Virus record (IMG/VR): IMGVR_UViG_3300043618_000011
Coordinates: 1 to 31,845 of that record
Length of the DNA: 31,845 nucleotides
DNA from: a virus
Lineage: Duplodnaviria; Caudoviricetes
Strand: one strand, 5' to 3'
The notes beneath the pieces were generated by a model, which worked only from the letters and a program-made list of their open reading frames with translations, had not been told where the DNA came from and ran no database searches. Shown here piece by piece: positions 17,231 through 25,965 of this stretch. The position numbers were made by a program, and so were the translations under genes. Position 1 is the stretch's first letter. Each line of letters opens with the position of its first letter.

Positions 17231-19740
17231 AGCTTCACCACCTTCATCTCACTCCATCTGTGCAGCCCTTTTGAATGCTCCACAAACTTATTATCTTCCT
17301 TTGACCACAGTGTCGGATAACTCATCTTTAACTCCGCAGGCACTCCTAACGGTTCTGGCTTCCTCCTGTTGTATACGTCTTGAATAAAGATATCTGACTC
17401 GGCATACTTCTTCATGATCTTCAAACAAGTCTTGGCTTTTGCAGGAGTCGATATCGCAACCAAGTTATCATGCACATCAATTCCGATCCTTGCTTGCTCA
17501 GGTATGGGCCAATCGTCATCTTCTTCGCATTGATACCAGACTTGAATGATCTTATCGCCAATGGTGGATTGTGGATAGTAAGCGATAATTGAGTCCAGTA
17601 CTGAGTCGTCGATCCTTTGTATAACTTTGAGCCTACGTCCAAACGGATTGTAGATCGCATGCGTTTCACGGAAACCTTCTTCCTCAGCGGCCCACCACTT
17701 GCGAAGCTCCGGCGTAATGCTGTGATATAACGCAAAGGCACGTGCGCTCTCATGGTATGGGAGACCTGTAACCTGCGACAACCGAAATCGCTCCATTCGA
17801 TAGTTGAGGCCGTGCCTGCATCTTTTCGCCACATATCTTTTGGTTGGGCGTAGCTCTTTGTCCCAATCTTTTGTTGGAACCTGATCGTACGGAATTTTGA
17901 ACATTTGCGAGGCGAGTGCCCTGTGACAGTCATAGCTTCCATCCTTCTTTGCTCTAGCGAATTGCTCTTTCCAAACTGGTATATCTGCTCTAAACGAAAC
18001 TACTTGTGCCTCTGCCTGGGCAAGGTCGAAATACAACAACACGCACCCTGGGTCAGCAACGTACATCCCTCTCGCTTGCATGGGCTGGTTTTGTATGTTT
18101 CCACCTTCTTTCTCGACAAGGAGCTGAGAACAAGACAAACGGCCAGGAGCCCTGCTAACTCCAAATTGTTTATTCTCGAACCTAAATCTATTGTCAGGGG
18201 ACACACGCGACTCGGCATAGGTTCCACGGAATTTGTCCTTCTCTTTGAACACATCTAGGGAGACCAACATCTCTTTGGCCAATGGCGGTGTTTTAACATT
18301 GGCCATTATCACCTTGCGGTTATCTTCGTCCGTAGAGACACCACGACCTTCCAGCTTCAACCGCGTGAAGAACAAGTCACGCATTTGATGATGCGAGTTA
18401 GGATTTGGGAAGTATTCTTTGTCACCTGTCATCTCTTGAACGATGTCATAGAACTTCTGCTCGGCGACTGCCACCTCTGCCGTTACTTGATCCTTGATGA
18501 TCTCCTTCATGCTCATATCAGTATTAATGCCATGCACAGTAGCACGATACAGATGAGGATGTGCACGCATAATGTGATCGAAAAAGACATCTGCCATACC
18601 CTGCTTCATGATCTGGTTGTGCAGCTTTTCATAACATGCGTATGTCAGTGCTGCATCTTTACAATTGTACTTCCAGAACGTATCGATCTCTCCACCGTCA
18701 CGCCACGACTCGGCATCTCCTTTGTAATACGGATGCGTTGTATACTGAGACACAAGGAACGCAAGGCTGTGTGGCAGTAGAGGATACAACGCATGGTGTG
18801 CCAGTAGAGTATCAAACCAAAAGTCAGTGCGTAGCAGTTGATGCATCCAGGAGAAGTAGGCGTCGAACTGCGCATTCTGAGCGATCATCTTGTGTGAGTC
18901 ACACAGGTCTTGGATTGCATACAAGATGTTGACTTCTTCGCTTGTCGTAAAACGATTGCGCTTATGATCACGAAAGTTAATACACATAGCGCGATGAGGG
19001 TTATTCGACAAGCCGATGCAAGCCATCTCATAATTGATCGCCTCTATGTCATAGGACACTGGACGCTTCGTGTTCTTCAAGTCCCTGATGAAAGCCATCG
19101 ACTCCTTATACGATGGGTTGATAATCTCCTCGATCAAGTGTGGCCTGAATGTTCCATCTAACAGATGTCTGGCTCGTTGCAGGTCTTTTATAAATATAGG
19201 TTCGAAACGTGGCTCGCGATCGCCCATTAGAAACGCAGCATTGAACGTGCATACTGCGTGACCCTTCCTCCCATTCGGCAACTCCAGCGGAAGCACTGAT
19301 CCTCGCCACTTGGTTATCTTGTCCAATCCCAAAACAGCCTGAATGGCATAGTTCCCCAAACAGACGATAACCTTCACGTTCGGAAGCTGCGACAGTTCCC
19401 ACCAAATCAAATCGATCCATTTGTCCAACTCATCTTTTAAGACGATGTGCTTTTCGTTGCCTTTACTCGATAGGCTGATTTGACGCTTGACGACATTCGT
19501 AGCATAGACCGTTTCAGGACGCAGACCCCATCTGGCCGCACCTTCCCACATGAGCTTCCCAGACCCACCAACAAATGGTTTGCGTCTTCGACACTCAGTC
19601 TCTCCAGGACCCTCTCCAATAAACACGACTTCGGCACTGATTGGGCCATCTGACAGTACCTCCGTGTTGAGTCCCATATCATCTGCGTGAGACCTAAACT
19701 GTTCGTGTAGTAACTCAATGCTTATGGCTCGTTTCGCCAT
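17227..19740 (-). CDS. polA: Family A DNA polymerase with N-terminal uracil-DNA-glycosylase-like domain and 3'-5' exonuclease
   Basis: UDG family 4-like 'GEGPGETE...PFVGGSG'; Exo I DIE, Exo II NAQFD, Exo III YNCKD; motif A DLAQAE, motif B RYVAKRCRHGLNY, motif C VHDN. Start placed at MAKRAIS (ORF extends to 19788). Confidence 0.92.
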   Translation of the reverse strand: MAKRAISIELLHEQFRSHADDMGLNTEVLSDGPISAEVVFIGEGPGETECRRRKPFVGGSGKLMWEGAARWGLRPETVYATNVVKRQISLSSKGNEKHIVLKDELDKWIDLIWWELSQLPNVKVIVCLGNYAIQAVLGLDKITKWRGSVLPLELPNGRKGHAVCTFNAAFLMGDREPRFEPIFIKDLQRARHLLDGTFRPHLIEEIINPSYKESMAFIRDLKNTKRPVSYDIEAINYEMACIGLSNNPHRAMCINFRDHKRNRFTTSEEVNILYAIQDLCDSHKMIAQNAQFDAYFSWMHQLLRTDFWFDTLLAHHALYPLLPHSLAFLVSQYTTHPYYKGDAESWRDGGEIDTFWKYNCKDAALTYACYEKLHNQIMKQGMADVFFDHIMRAHPHLYRATVHGINTDMSMKEIIKDQVTAEVAVAEQKFYDIVQEMTGDKEYFPNPNSHHQMRDLFFTRLKLEGRGVSTDEDNRKVIMANVKTPPLAKEMLVSLDVFKEKDKFRGTYAESRVSPDNRFRFENKQFGVSRAPGRLSCSQLLVEKEGGNIQNQPMQARGMYVADPGCVLLYFDLAQAEAQVVSFRADIPVWKEQFARAKKDGSYDCHRALASQMFKIPYDQVPTKDWDKELRPTKRYVAKRCRHGLNYRMERFRLSQVTGLPYHESARAFALYHSITPELRKWWAAEEEGFRETHAIYNPFGRRLKVIQRIDDSVLDSIIAYYPQSTIGDKIIQVWYQCEEDDDWPIPEQARIGIDVHDNLVAISTPAKAKTCLKIMKKYAESDIFIQDVYNRRKPEPLGVPAELKMSYPTLWSKEDNKFVEHSKGLHRWSEMKVVKL
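18892..18904. repeat. Palindrome copy 11, GTGTGAGTCACAC
   Basis: Exact; inside the polymerase exonuclease domain (CDSH). Confidence 0.95.
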
Positions 19741-20318
19741 GACGGACCCCCCAACAAATGTCCAGTTAGTGCTTTTAGTTTCGACCACAACGCTGCCATA
19801 TCGCCGTCGTTCAATAACGTATAGCTTGGCTTATCATACCATCCCCGAGAGTCGCCATCGAATGTCTTACCAGGACGACGTACCCAAACAACGAATGTAT
19901 TAGGTAGTGCATCTATCTCTTCAGGAAAGCCACCGTCGTCAATGATCACAAACTCAGGACGCATGTGAGGCTTCTTTAAAACTCTGTGCATGAGCCACTT
20001 AGCGAAGATGTCTGGTCCGTAGACCTTCTTGCAGTGATCTTCAGCAAGCATGATAAGTGACTGCCGCATACTGAACCCACTAAGCTCTGGTCGTGCCTTC
20101 TCCTTATCTGCGAAGCCATAAGGCTCTGCCAGTGCCGCAGCGAAAAAGTGCTTGAGTGGGGCACTAAATGAGTCAGTGATGACCTTAGGAGCTATGATCT
20201 TTCCTCCCAACGCTTGGTTCAAGTCTCGACACAGTTCAACTGCTATCGTGGACTTGCCTGTGCTAGGCGGTCCGTTGAGCACTACGTATTTGATTGGTTT
20301 TGTGTGACTCACACTCAT
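19722..20318 (-). CDS. Deoxynucleoside monophosphate kinase
   Basis: P-loop GPPSTGKS, 'FSAPLK', 'RQSLI', 'IIDDGGFPEE'; RBS GGAG before ATG 20318. Confidence 0.8.
   Translation of the reverse strand: MSVSHTKPIKYVVLNGPPSTGKSTIAVELCRDLNQALGGKIIAPKVITDSFSAPLKHFFAAALAEPYGFADKEKARPELSGFSMRQSLIMLAEDHCKKVYGPDIFAKWLMHRVLKKPHMRPEFVIIDDGGFPEEIDALPNTFVVWVRRPGKTFDGDSRGWYDKPSYTLLNDGDMAALWSKLKALTGHLLGGPSWRNEP
20302..20314. repeat. Palindrome copy 12, GTGTGACTCACAC
   Basis: Exact; first codons of the kinase (VSHT). Confidence 0.95.
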
Positions 20319-20403
20319 CGCACTAACTCCCTTATCCACATCAACACTGGAACACTAAACCCACCGAGTAGTCCCATCGACACACCGACTACGACTGCCC
20401 TTA

Positions 20404-21657
20404 TCAGTCTGATCGCCGTGGGGCTCCCATGGAAAGGCCCATAGCTCTCTTGTCTGATATAATGATAACTTTGTTTTTTGCCCTTGTAACTGCGGTATAG
20501 AAGTTCCTTTTGTTCAGTAGCCATGAATGTCCCCTTGCTATGCAGTAGATGACCGTATCAAACTCTGATCCCTGCGCCTTATGCGTCGTGATTGCATAGC
20601 CCAACTCGATCTGCTTTCTAGGATCGTACTGGATAACAGTCTTATGATATGGGCTATACGTTGTCAGTCGTGCAGGAACAATAACATCGCCCGCACGATC
20701 AGATGTCTTGAGTGTCAACTCACCATCTTCAGCATCGAGGCCACTAATGCGTCCAAGCTCCCCATTGAACATATTCAACTTGTAATCGTTTTTGATCCAG
20801 AGGAACTTGTCTCCTTTTCTAACTGCGAGTCTCGGTTCTTTGGTGTCGTAACGATCCAACAATAGTAACGGCCCTTTTCCGTTGAAACGTAGTTGCAGTG
20901 ACGGATTGATACGCATCGTTCCATATTTTCCACGCCGAGTTGGCATGATGATCTGATGACTGTCATCGGCGAAGTCCTTCAATCCTCGTGTCATGTTGAG
21001 CATGTAGGCCAGTGGGTTCTCGTCGTAGATGATCACAAACCTATCGTTACGAAATGGTATCTTACTCTGCAGAATGCGCATTGCGTTAGACACAATGGCA
21101 TCGTCACTGCGAAAGTTGTACATAAGTTCAACTGCTGGAAACTTCAACAGTGTCTCAATGAAAGGCGGTGTTCCTTCCTCTACAGGAGGCAACTGATTGT
21201 TGTCACCAAAGAACCTGATAGCTCCATCCTTACGCAGTGCATCCATTAACTGACCATGAAGTGTTGGCCCGATCATGGACGACTCATCAACAATGACAAC
21301 TCTCTCTTCTAATGGCATCATTCGATTACGCCTCGGTTCATTCATTAATTCCACTGGCGTATCGTGAGGATCATCAGGCATGGGAAACTCCAACAGCCTG
21401 TGAATGGTCTTAGCCGGAATGCCCGTTAACTCCTGTACGCGTTTAGCTGCACGCCCAGTAGGAGCAGCCAGAACTGTCTTGATACCTAGACCAACTAACT
21501 GTCGATATACATGACCAAGGACTAAGGTCTTCCCTGTGCCTGCACCTCCTGTAATTCCTGCAATTGTATTCTTTAGATCACAACACACTTCTACAGCATG
21601 TTGTTGTTCAAGACTAAGACGACGTTCCGGGACGGACACCTTTGCAACTGCCTTCAT
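20404..21657 (-). CDS. RecD-like superfamily 1B helicase
   Basis: GGAGTGKT, APTGRAA, TIHRLL, DESSM, GDNNQLPPV, YAITTHKAQGSEF, YTAVTRAK. Confidence 0.92.
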   Translation of the reverse strand: MKAVAKVSVPERRLSLEQQHAVEVCCDLKNTIAGITGGAGTGKTLVLGHVYRQLVGLGIKTVLAAPTGRAAKRVQELTGIPAKTIHRLLEFPMPDDPHDTPVELMNEPRRNRMMPLEERVVIVDESSMIGPTLHGQLMDALRKDGAIRFFGDNNQLPPVEEGTPPFIETLLKFPAVELMYNFRSDDAIVSNAMRILQSKIPFRNDRFVIIYDENPLAYMLNMTRGLKDFADDSHQIIMPTRRGKYGTMRINPSLQLRFNGKGPLLLLDRYDTKEPRLAVRKGDKFLWIKNDYKLNMFNGELGRISGLDAEDGELTLKTSDRAGDVIVPARLTTYSPYHKTVIQYDPRKQIELGYAITTHKAQGSEFDTVIYCIARGHSWLLNKRNFYTAVTRAKNKVIIISDKRAMGLSMGAPRRSD

Positions 21658-21938
21658 CGCTTTACTCCTGGCGGTAACTCTGGACTAACTAGTAACCTCG
21701 TGACGTGATCAACTGAGACACCCTTACTCTTCTTTGCTGGCTCGTTTATCTCCAACACCTGCTGTGCCGTCTGTATTACTGCTGCCCGCATAAAGCTATT
21801 GACAGAGATGCCCAATAGCTTTGCTGCCTTCGTCACGAGGTTCCTATCGACAGCCTGACAACGCCACACCAATTGGGCTGTGCCGTTTTTAGGAGGCTCC
21901 CGTAGGTTGACCGTTACTGTGTATCTACTTTCAAACAC
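21654..21938 (-). CDS. Ribbon-helix-helix protein (DUF1778-like)
   Basis: 'QLVWRC...LVTKAAKLLGISVNSFMRAAV...AQQVL' fits the RHH pattern. Confidence 0.65.
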   Translation of the reverse strand: MFESRYTVTVNLREPPKNGTAQLVWRCQAVDRNLVTKAAKLLGISVNSFMRAAVIQTAQQVLEINEPAKKSKGVSVDHVTRLLVSPELPPGVKR

Positions 21939-21953
21939 GAGAGCCTCCGTCTG

Positions 21954-22313
21954 TTAGCGTCGATCCAGCATAGTCAGTAGTGCTGTAAACAACTGGTAAT
22001 CGTAGTCACCTGCTGCACCAATAAGTTCGGCAAGACGTTGCATACCTGCTGCTTGTTGTTGCAACTCCTTAGCACGTACATGGAGCAACTGCTGACATAC
22101 ACGCTTATCCATAACACGGTTAGCTACATCTGTTTGATTGCCTTGAACCATTCTATTTCCATAGCCTGCGGCGTCAGACTCCATGGGTGCTCCTGCTCCT
22201 CCTCCTCCTGCAAACACACCGTGACGCTGTCTCTCAACACCTTCACGCTGCTCTTTCAACTTCTCTTCAAGTTCCATATCGCGTTGTCTTCTCAGTTCCT
22301 TGTCGAAAGTCAT
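21954..22313 (-). CDS. Hypothetical protein
   Basis: RBS AAGGGAG before ATG 22313. Confidence 0.6.
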   Translation of the reverse strand: MTFDKELRRQRDMELEEKLKEQREGVERQRHGVFAGGGGAGAPMESDAAGYGNRMVQGNQTDVANRVMDKRVCQQLLHVRAKELQQQAAGMQRLAELIGAAGDYDYQLFTALLTMLDRR

Positions 22314-22337
22314 GTTACTTCTCCCTTGTGAGTGAAT

Positions 22338-22364
22338 GGGTCCTGTGTGAGTCACACAGGACCC
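22338..22364. repeat. Palindrome copy 13, extended to 27 bp
   Basis: GGGTCCTGTGTGA-G-TCACACAGGACCC; intergenic, after SSB. Confidence 0.95.
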
Positions 22365-22384
22365 GACTTCAACGGTAGTCGCTT

Positions 22385-22966
22385 CTATCGACCACGACCC
22401 TTCGGCTTCCCAGCAGGCTTTCTGCCACGCGCTGACGCAGCATCGTCCTCATTTTCCCCCTGGTCTTCCGTTTGATCCTGTGGCTTTCTCTTGCTTGTAC
22501 CACGCGCAGGAGCCTCTGCCGCTTCGAGCGACTGGATTTCCGCACGCAACTCTCCTTCCCACGGCTTGTGACGAACACGAACACGCACTGAGCATCCCAT
22601 CCACTCACTGGTGTCGATGACAGTCACATTGGAACTCAGACCAAACGCCTCGTACAACTTACGCATGTTGAATAGAGCGCGACGGTCTCCCTTCTTCGGA
22701 ACAACTTGACGGTTCCAATAGAGAATGACGCCATCTGGGAAATCATCTCGTGTATCGGCCGGCACTTCATCCGGCGCAATAACGATCTTGATGGCGTAGT
22801 ACTGGTTTCCCTTCCCAGACGTTTGCTTCTGGACATCCTGCACCTCACCGAGGTAGACGCCAGGGCGAAGCTCTTTCGGCTTCTCAACGTCGGCAAGGCT
22901 GTCTTCAAGTTCGATGATGTCCACATCTTCCTGGGCTTCATCGTCTTGTGTTTGTGCTTTAGCCAT
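22385..22966 (-). CDS. Single-stranded DNA-binding protein (DUF669-like)
   Basis: 'LRPGVYLGEV...TSGKGNQY' OB-fold pattern, acidic tail, adjacent to the Sak4-like ATPase. Confidence 0.7.
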   Translation of the reverse strand: MAKAQTQDDEAQEDVDIIELEDSLADVEKPKELRPGVYLGEVQDVQKQTSGKGNQYYAIKIVIAPDEVPADTRDDFPDGVILYWNRQVVPKKGDRRALFNMRKLYEAFGLSSNVTVIDTSEWMGCSVRVRVRHKPWEGELRAEIQSLEAAEAPARGTSKRKPQDQTEDQGENEDDAASARGRKPAGKPKGRGR

Positions 22967-23029
22967 ACCAACTCTCTCCTGTACAGTGGGTGGGATCGGC
23001 CACCTACACTTATGTATTAACTCCCCCGA

Positions 23030-23221
23030 TCAGGAGTCCATTTTGATCCCGTCCCAACGCTCACCGCCTTCTCTGGTCGGAACCGTTGTGATTGTAGGAC
23101 CAACTTTATCTTTTGCCTTAGGTGCCATGCAATCTATGTGACTCACACAGTTGCCATCGACACGAAACCCATGTTCAGGTTTGACCGCTTTGCCACACAC
23201 TGAGCAGGCTTCGTAGATCAC
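23030..23221 (-). CDS. Small zinc-finger protein (CxxC...HxxC)
   Basis: CSVC...HIDC; RBS GGAGG; GTGA overlap with the ATPase stop. Confidence 0.55.
   Translation of the reverse strand: MIYEACSVCGKAVKPEHGFRVDGNCVSHIDCMAPKAKDKVGPTITTVPTREGGERWDGIKMDS
23136..23148. repeat. Palindrome copy 14 (1 mismatch), ATGTGACTCACAC
   Basis: Intragenic (VSHI). Confidence 0.85.
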
Positions 23222-24078
23222 TTCGGCACCTCCAACTTTTGATATCCGTTTTGTTCCCATTCGTGGTACCACCTTGCGATTGTCATCTGACCTTTATCTG
23301 GTTTGTTTGCATCATACTTCAAGACGAACTCCTTCTCTCCTGAACTGGTAAACATCCTAGTTTTCATCGGCCTGCGATATCGCACTGGTCTAATCGCCAG
23401 CCTCCGCTTAGCCTCTACATTGGTGTCCTGAGACAAATGCCAAATCTCTGACCACCTAAACGACATATTGTTTACGAGCTTGCCGCCTAGCATAACGGTT
23501 ACATAGTCGATAATGTCGTTGCCTCTATCATCCTTCTTCGTCGTCGCATCATCTTCATGCGCCGTTGCAATGAAGTGAACACTGTGCTTTGCAGTAACTC
23601 GCAGTAGTCCTGTGAGCACCTCCAACACAATACCGTTCCTGCCACCGTAGGCTGACACTCCCGGCATCTCCATGGACGGCCTAAACTCTTTACCTGCACC
23701 AATGCCATCCCTTACTGCCTTCTGCAACGCTCTAAACGCTAGCGCAGTTACAGAGTCACAGACAACCGTTTGAATGTCTTCGTTCTCTGCCAGTGCCTTG
23801 TCAAGGCCAAATGGATCATCACTCTGTGCGTGCTTGAACAACTCCGGTAACGCTTGGTCATAAAGCTTGAGCACATGAACGTCTCGTCTATGGGCAACGC
23901 TCATGTGTTCATTGTCACCGAGAGATAACCACAACTTGTTCCCCGGTGCTGTGGCTGCAAAGGTCGTTTTGCCAACAGTCGCTGGACCCCAAAGGAATAT
24001 CGCCATCCTGGAACCAGCTTCCTCGGCCGGCTGCGCGATGTATGGACCGACCTTGATAGCCCTTCTTGCAACACCCAC
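23218..24078 (-). CDS. Sak4-like AAA ATPase / recombinase
   Basis: Walker A GPATVGKT, Walker B VVCDS, 'ATAHE'; between nuclease and SSB. Confidence 0.8.
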   Translation of the reverse strand: MGVARRAIKVGPYIAQPAEEAGSRMAIFLWGPATVGKTTFAATAPGNKLWLSLGDNEHMSVAHRRDVHVLKLYDQALPELFKHAQSDDPFGLDKALAENEDIQTVVCDSVTALAFRALQKAVRDGIGAGKEFRPSMEMPGVSAYGGRNGIVLEVLTGLLRVTAKHSVHFIATAHEDDATTKKDDRGNDIIDYVTVMLGGKLVNNMSFRWSEIWHLSQDTNVEAKRRLAIRPVRYRRPMKTRMFTSSGEKEFVLKYDANKPDKGQMTIARWYHEWEQNGYQKLEVPK

Positions 24079-24128
24079 AGCACACTCCAGTTTTTATACG
24101 ACACAGCTTGCCGCACTGCTTAAATTCT

Positions 24129-24141
24129 GTGTGACTCACAC
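24129..24141. repeat. Palindrome copy 15, GTGTGACTCACAC
   Basis: Exact; supplies the TGA stop of 24136..24321. Confidence 0.95.
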
Positions 24142-24321
24142 AAGGCCCTTCTCTTTTGCCCACCATTCCTTCACCTCCACCTGCTTCCCATCCACGTCTA
24201 TCTCTTTGATCACTGACCGTGGTATCCATCTCTCTTCTCCATTCATTGCAAACAACACAGCGTCTTCGCTATCGAAGTCACGTAACACTGACTCAAATGA
24301 AAGCTCTGCATATGACTCCAT
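24136..24321 (-). CDS. Small acidic hypothetical protein
   Basis: 61 aa, 'WIPRSVI...EWWAKEKGL'; stop codon lies within a palindrome. Confidence 0.6.
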   Translation of the reverse strand: MESYAELSFESVLRDFDSEDAVLFAMNGEERWIPRSVIKEIDVDGKQVEVKEWWAKEKGLV

Positions 24322-24322
24322 C

Positions 24323-24595
24323 TTAGTTCTCCCTCTTCATGTCTTCACGCTTCAACGCCTTCAAGTCCTCAATAGCATCCTCGATAATGCCTATGACGTT
24401 TTTGTTCCCGCCCAACGTCGCAGTGGCCAACTTCTTGATGACTGCATCGATCATAGCCTGAGTTCGCATAGACATCACTTGTCCTCCTTCAACACCTTGC
24501 CCAAACTCGTGCTTACCCTGCAAGTGATCTTTGAGTGCTCCCTTTACAAGGAACCACTTATCACACTTAGGGCACTTGAAGCTCTGGCCACCCAC
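24323..24595 (-). CDS. Classical C2H2 zinc-finger protein
   Basis: FKCPKCDKWFLVKGALKDHLQGKH = C-x2-C-x3-F-x5-L-x2-H-x4-H. Confidence 0.7.
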   Translation of the reverse strand: MGGQSFKCPKCDKWFLVKGALKDHLQGKHEFGQGVEGGQVMSMRTQAMIDAVIKKLATATLGGNKNVIGIIEDAIEDLKALKREDMKREN

Positions 24596-25675
24596 CTAAC
24601 CCTCCATTACTGCACGTTCACTGGGACTCTTATCTGCTGGTATCATCTCCTTGAATTGGATTTGCCTACCCTCCTTGGAGTCGCAACAGAATGGTATGAG
24701 TGCGCACGGTCGAAAGTATCTGTTACACGAATGTGTGTACCTTGGCGCTCGTTCAAAATCACCAATGTACTGCTCGTACATATCAACCGTGTGCCGAAAC
24801 CAAGCGGCCCAAGTCTCGAACGTTTCCTCATCTCTGACCAATGGCTCCACAACATAGACATCTTCCCCTCTATGTGTTGGCTTGATCTTCACGCCTGTGA
24901 CCCTGGACCTGACGATCGGGAAACCAAAGATGATAGATGCCGCATAGCAGTATCCACTGATCTGATGTGAAAGCTCCCACTTAGCACGCCATCCCGCATC
25001 AAGCCTTGCCGCTGTTTTATTCTCGTCCATAACAGGAGCATGGCCAAATTTAACGTGATGCACAAGTCCATCAACTGTGCCGATATATCTGATCTCCTTT
25101 CCATCTTCAAACGTAACGACCACATCAAATACCTGCTCAATACCCACAAAGCTGCGTGGGTCTTTATCATCCTCCACGTAGATGGGCCAATTCTCCATCT
25201 TCGGTAGACACTCATCCACATAGCATATCGTAGCGAGTTGCATATTTTCCAGCGTCCGTACTTGGTCATCTGGGTTATCCACAAAGCCAGAGGAAGCTAA
25301 GATGGCAAAGTTCAGCTCCAAGAGGTGTTCTCTTTCATCTTGCCGCTTTAACCCTCGAGGACTTATTCCCTTCACTTGGTCCAAGCAGTCATGCCATCTC
25401 TTGTAGCCGAATATCCTTTCTCCTGTGTACATGGCATGTTTCGTCTTTTGATCAACGTGATACAACTGCCATATTCTAGTCGTCGCGAACGCTTGATGCA
25501 TTACTTCGCCTGCCTCTAGGGCCATTGACCGGGCGTTGCTGTCGTATCGGCGTTGGCTTGATATGACGCCCCACATCGGGCACTGGTTCACGGACTCCAG
25601 GCGGGAGTTCGAATACGCCTTCAGCTTCGTCTTCTGCAGAGGCGTCGTCTTCTTGATCGAGATCACCTTGAGCAT
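24596..25675 (-). CDS. PD-(D/E)XK exonuclease, Cas4/RecB-like
   Basis: 'SNSRL...CP', 'GEVMH', 'IEQ', 'GTVDG', 'ENKT', 'QISGY', C-terminal Cys cluster; start moved to MLKVIS after a purine-rich RBS. Confidence 0.8.
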   Translation of the reverse strand: MLKVISIKKTTPLQKTKLKAYSNSRLESVNQCPMWGVISSQRRYDSNARSMALEAGEVMHQAFATTRIWQLYHVDQKTKHAMYTGERIFGYKRWHDCLDQVKGISPRGLKRQDEREHLLELNFAILASSGFVDNPDDQVRTLENMQLATICYVDECLPKMENWPIYVEDDKDPRSFVGIEQVFDVVVTFEDGKEIRYIGTVDGLVHHVKFGHAPVMDENKTAARLDAGWRAKWELSHQISGYCYAASIIFGFPIVRSRVTGVKIKPTHRGEDVYVVEPLVRDEETFETWAAWFRHTVDMYEQYIGDFERAPRYTHSCNRYFRPCALIPFCCDSKEGRQIQFKEMIPADKSPSERAVMEG

Positions 25676-25946
25676 CGATGTATGCCCCCTCTCCGATGTC
25701 ATCTCCTCCAGTTGATTCTGGAGCATCTCGTGGGGGAGTCCCGTGATTGACCGCTTCGTAGGCATTGAGATATCTCCTAACTGCTGTTGCTGAGTTGACC
25801 AACAATTCAAGGAAGCGATCTGTGGACTTCAACCTCTGCTCATGTAGATGCCTAACCAACAGGTCCTCTGCTTCTGCGAACTCAGCCTCTTCCTCCTTGT
25901 CGAAGAACCCGCCATCTGATGTCATAAACCCTGTAACTTTTTTCAT
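25476..25946 (-). CDS. Hypothetical protein overlapping the nuclease start
   Basis: 'FMTSDGGFFDKEEEA' N-terminus; ATG 4 nt after a palindrome. Confidence 0.55.
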   Translation of the reverse strand: MKKVTGFMTSDGGFFDKEEEAEFAEAEDLLVRHLHEQRLKSTDRFLELLVNSATAVRRYLNAYEAVNHGTPPRDAPESTGGDDIGEGAYIDAQGDLDQEDDASAEDEAEGVFELPPGVREPVPDVGRHIKPTPIRQQRPVNGPRGRRSNASSVRDD

Positions 25947-25950
25947 GACT

Positions 25951-25963
25951 GTGTGACTCACAC
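25951..25963. repeat. Palindrome copy 16, GTGTGACTCACAC
   Basis: Exact; between stop 25966 and ATG 25946. Confidence 0.95.
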
Positions 25964-25965
25964 TG

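Noticed and set aside
20315-20524. 69-aa ORF between helicase and kinase
   Set aside because: Largely overlaps the helicase end and has no clear RBS; cannot be supported.
23903-24970. 355-aa + strand ORF
   Set aside because: Antisense shadow of several motif-bearing - strand genes; no recognisable motifs.
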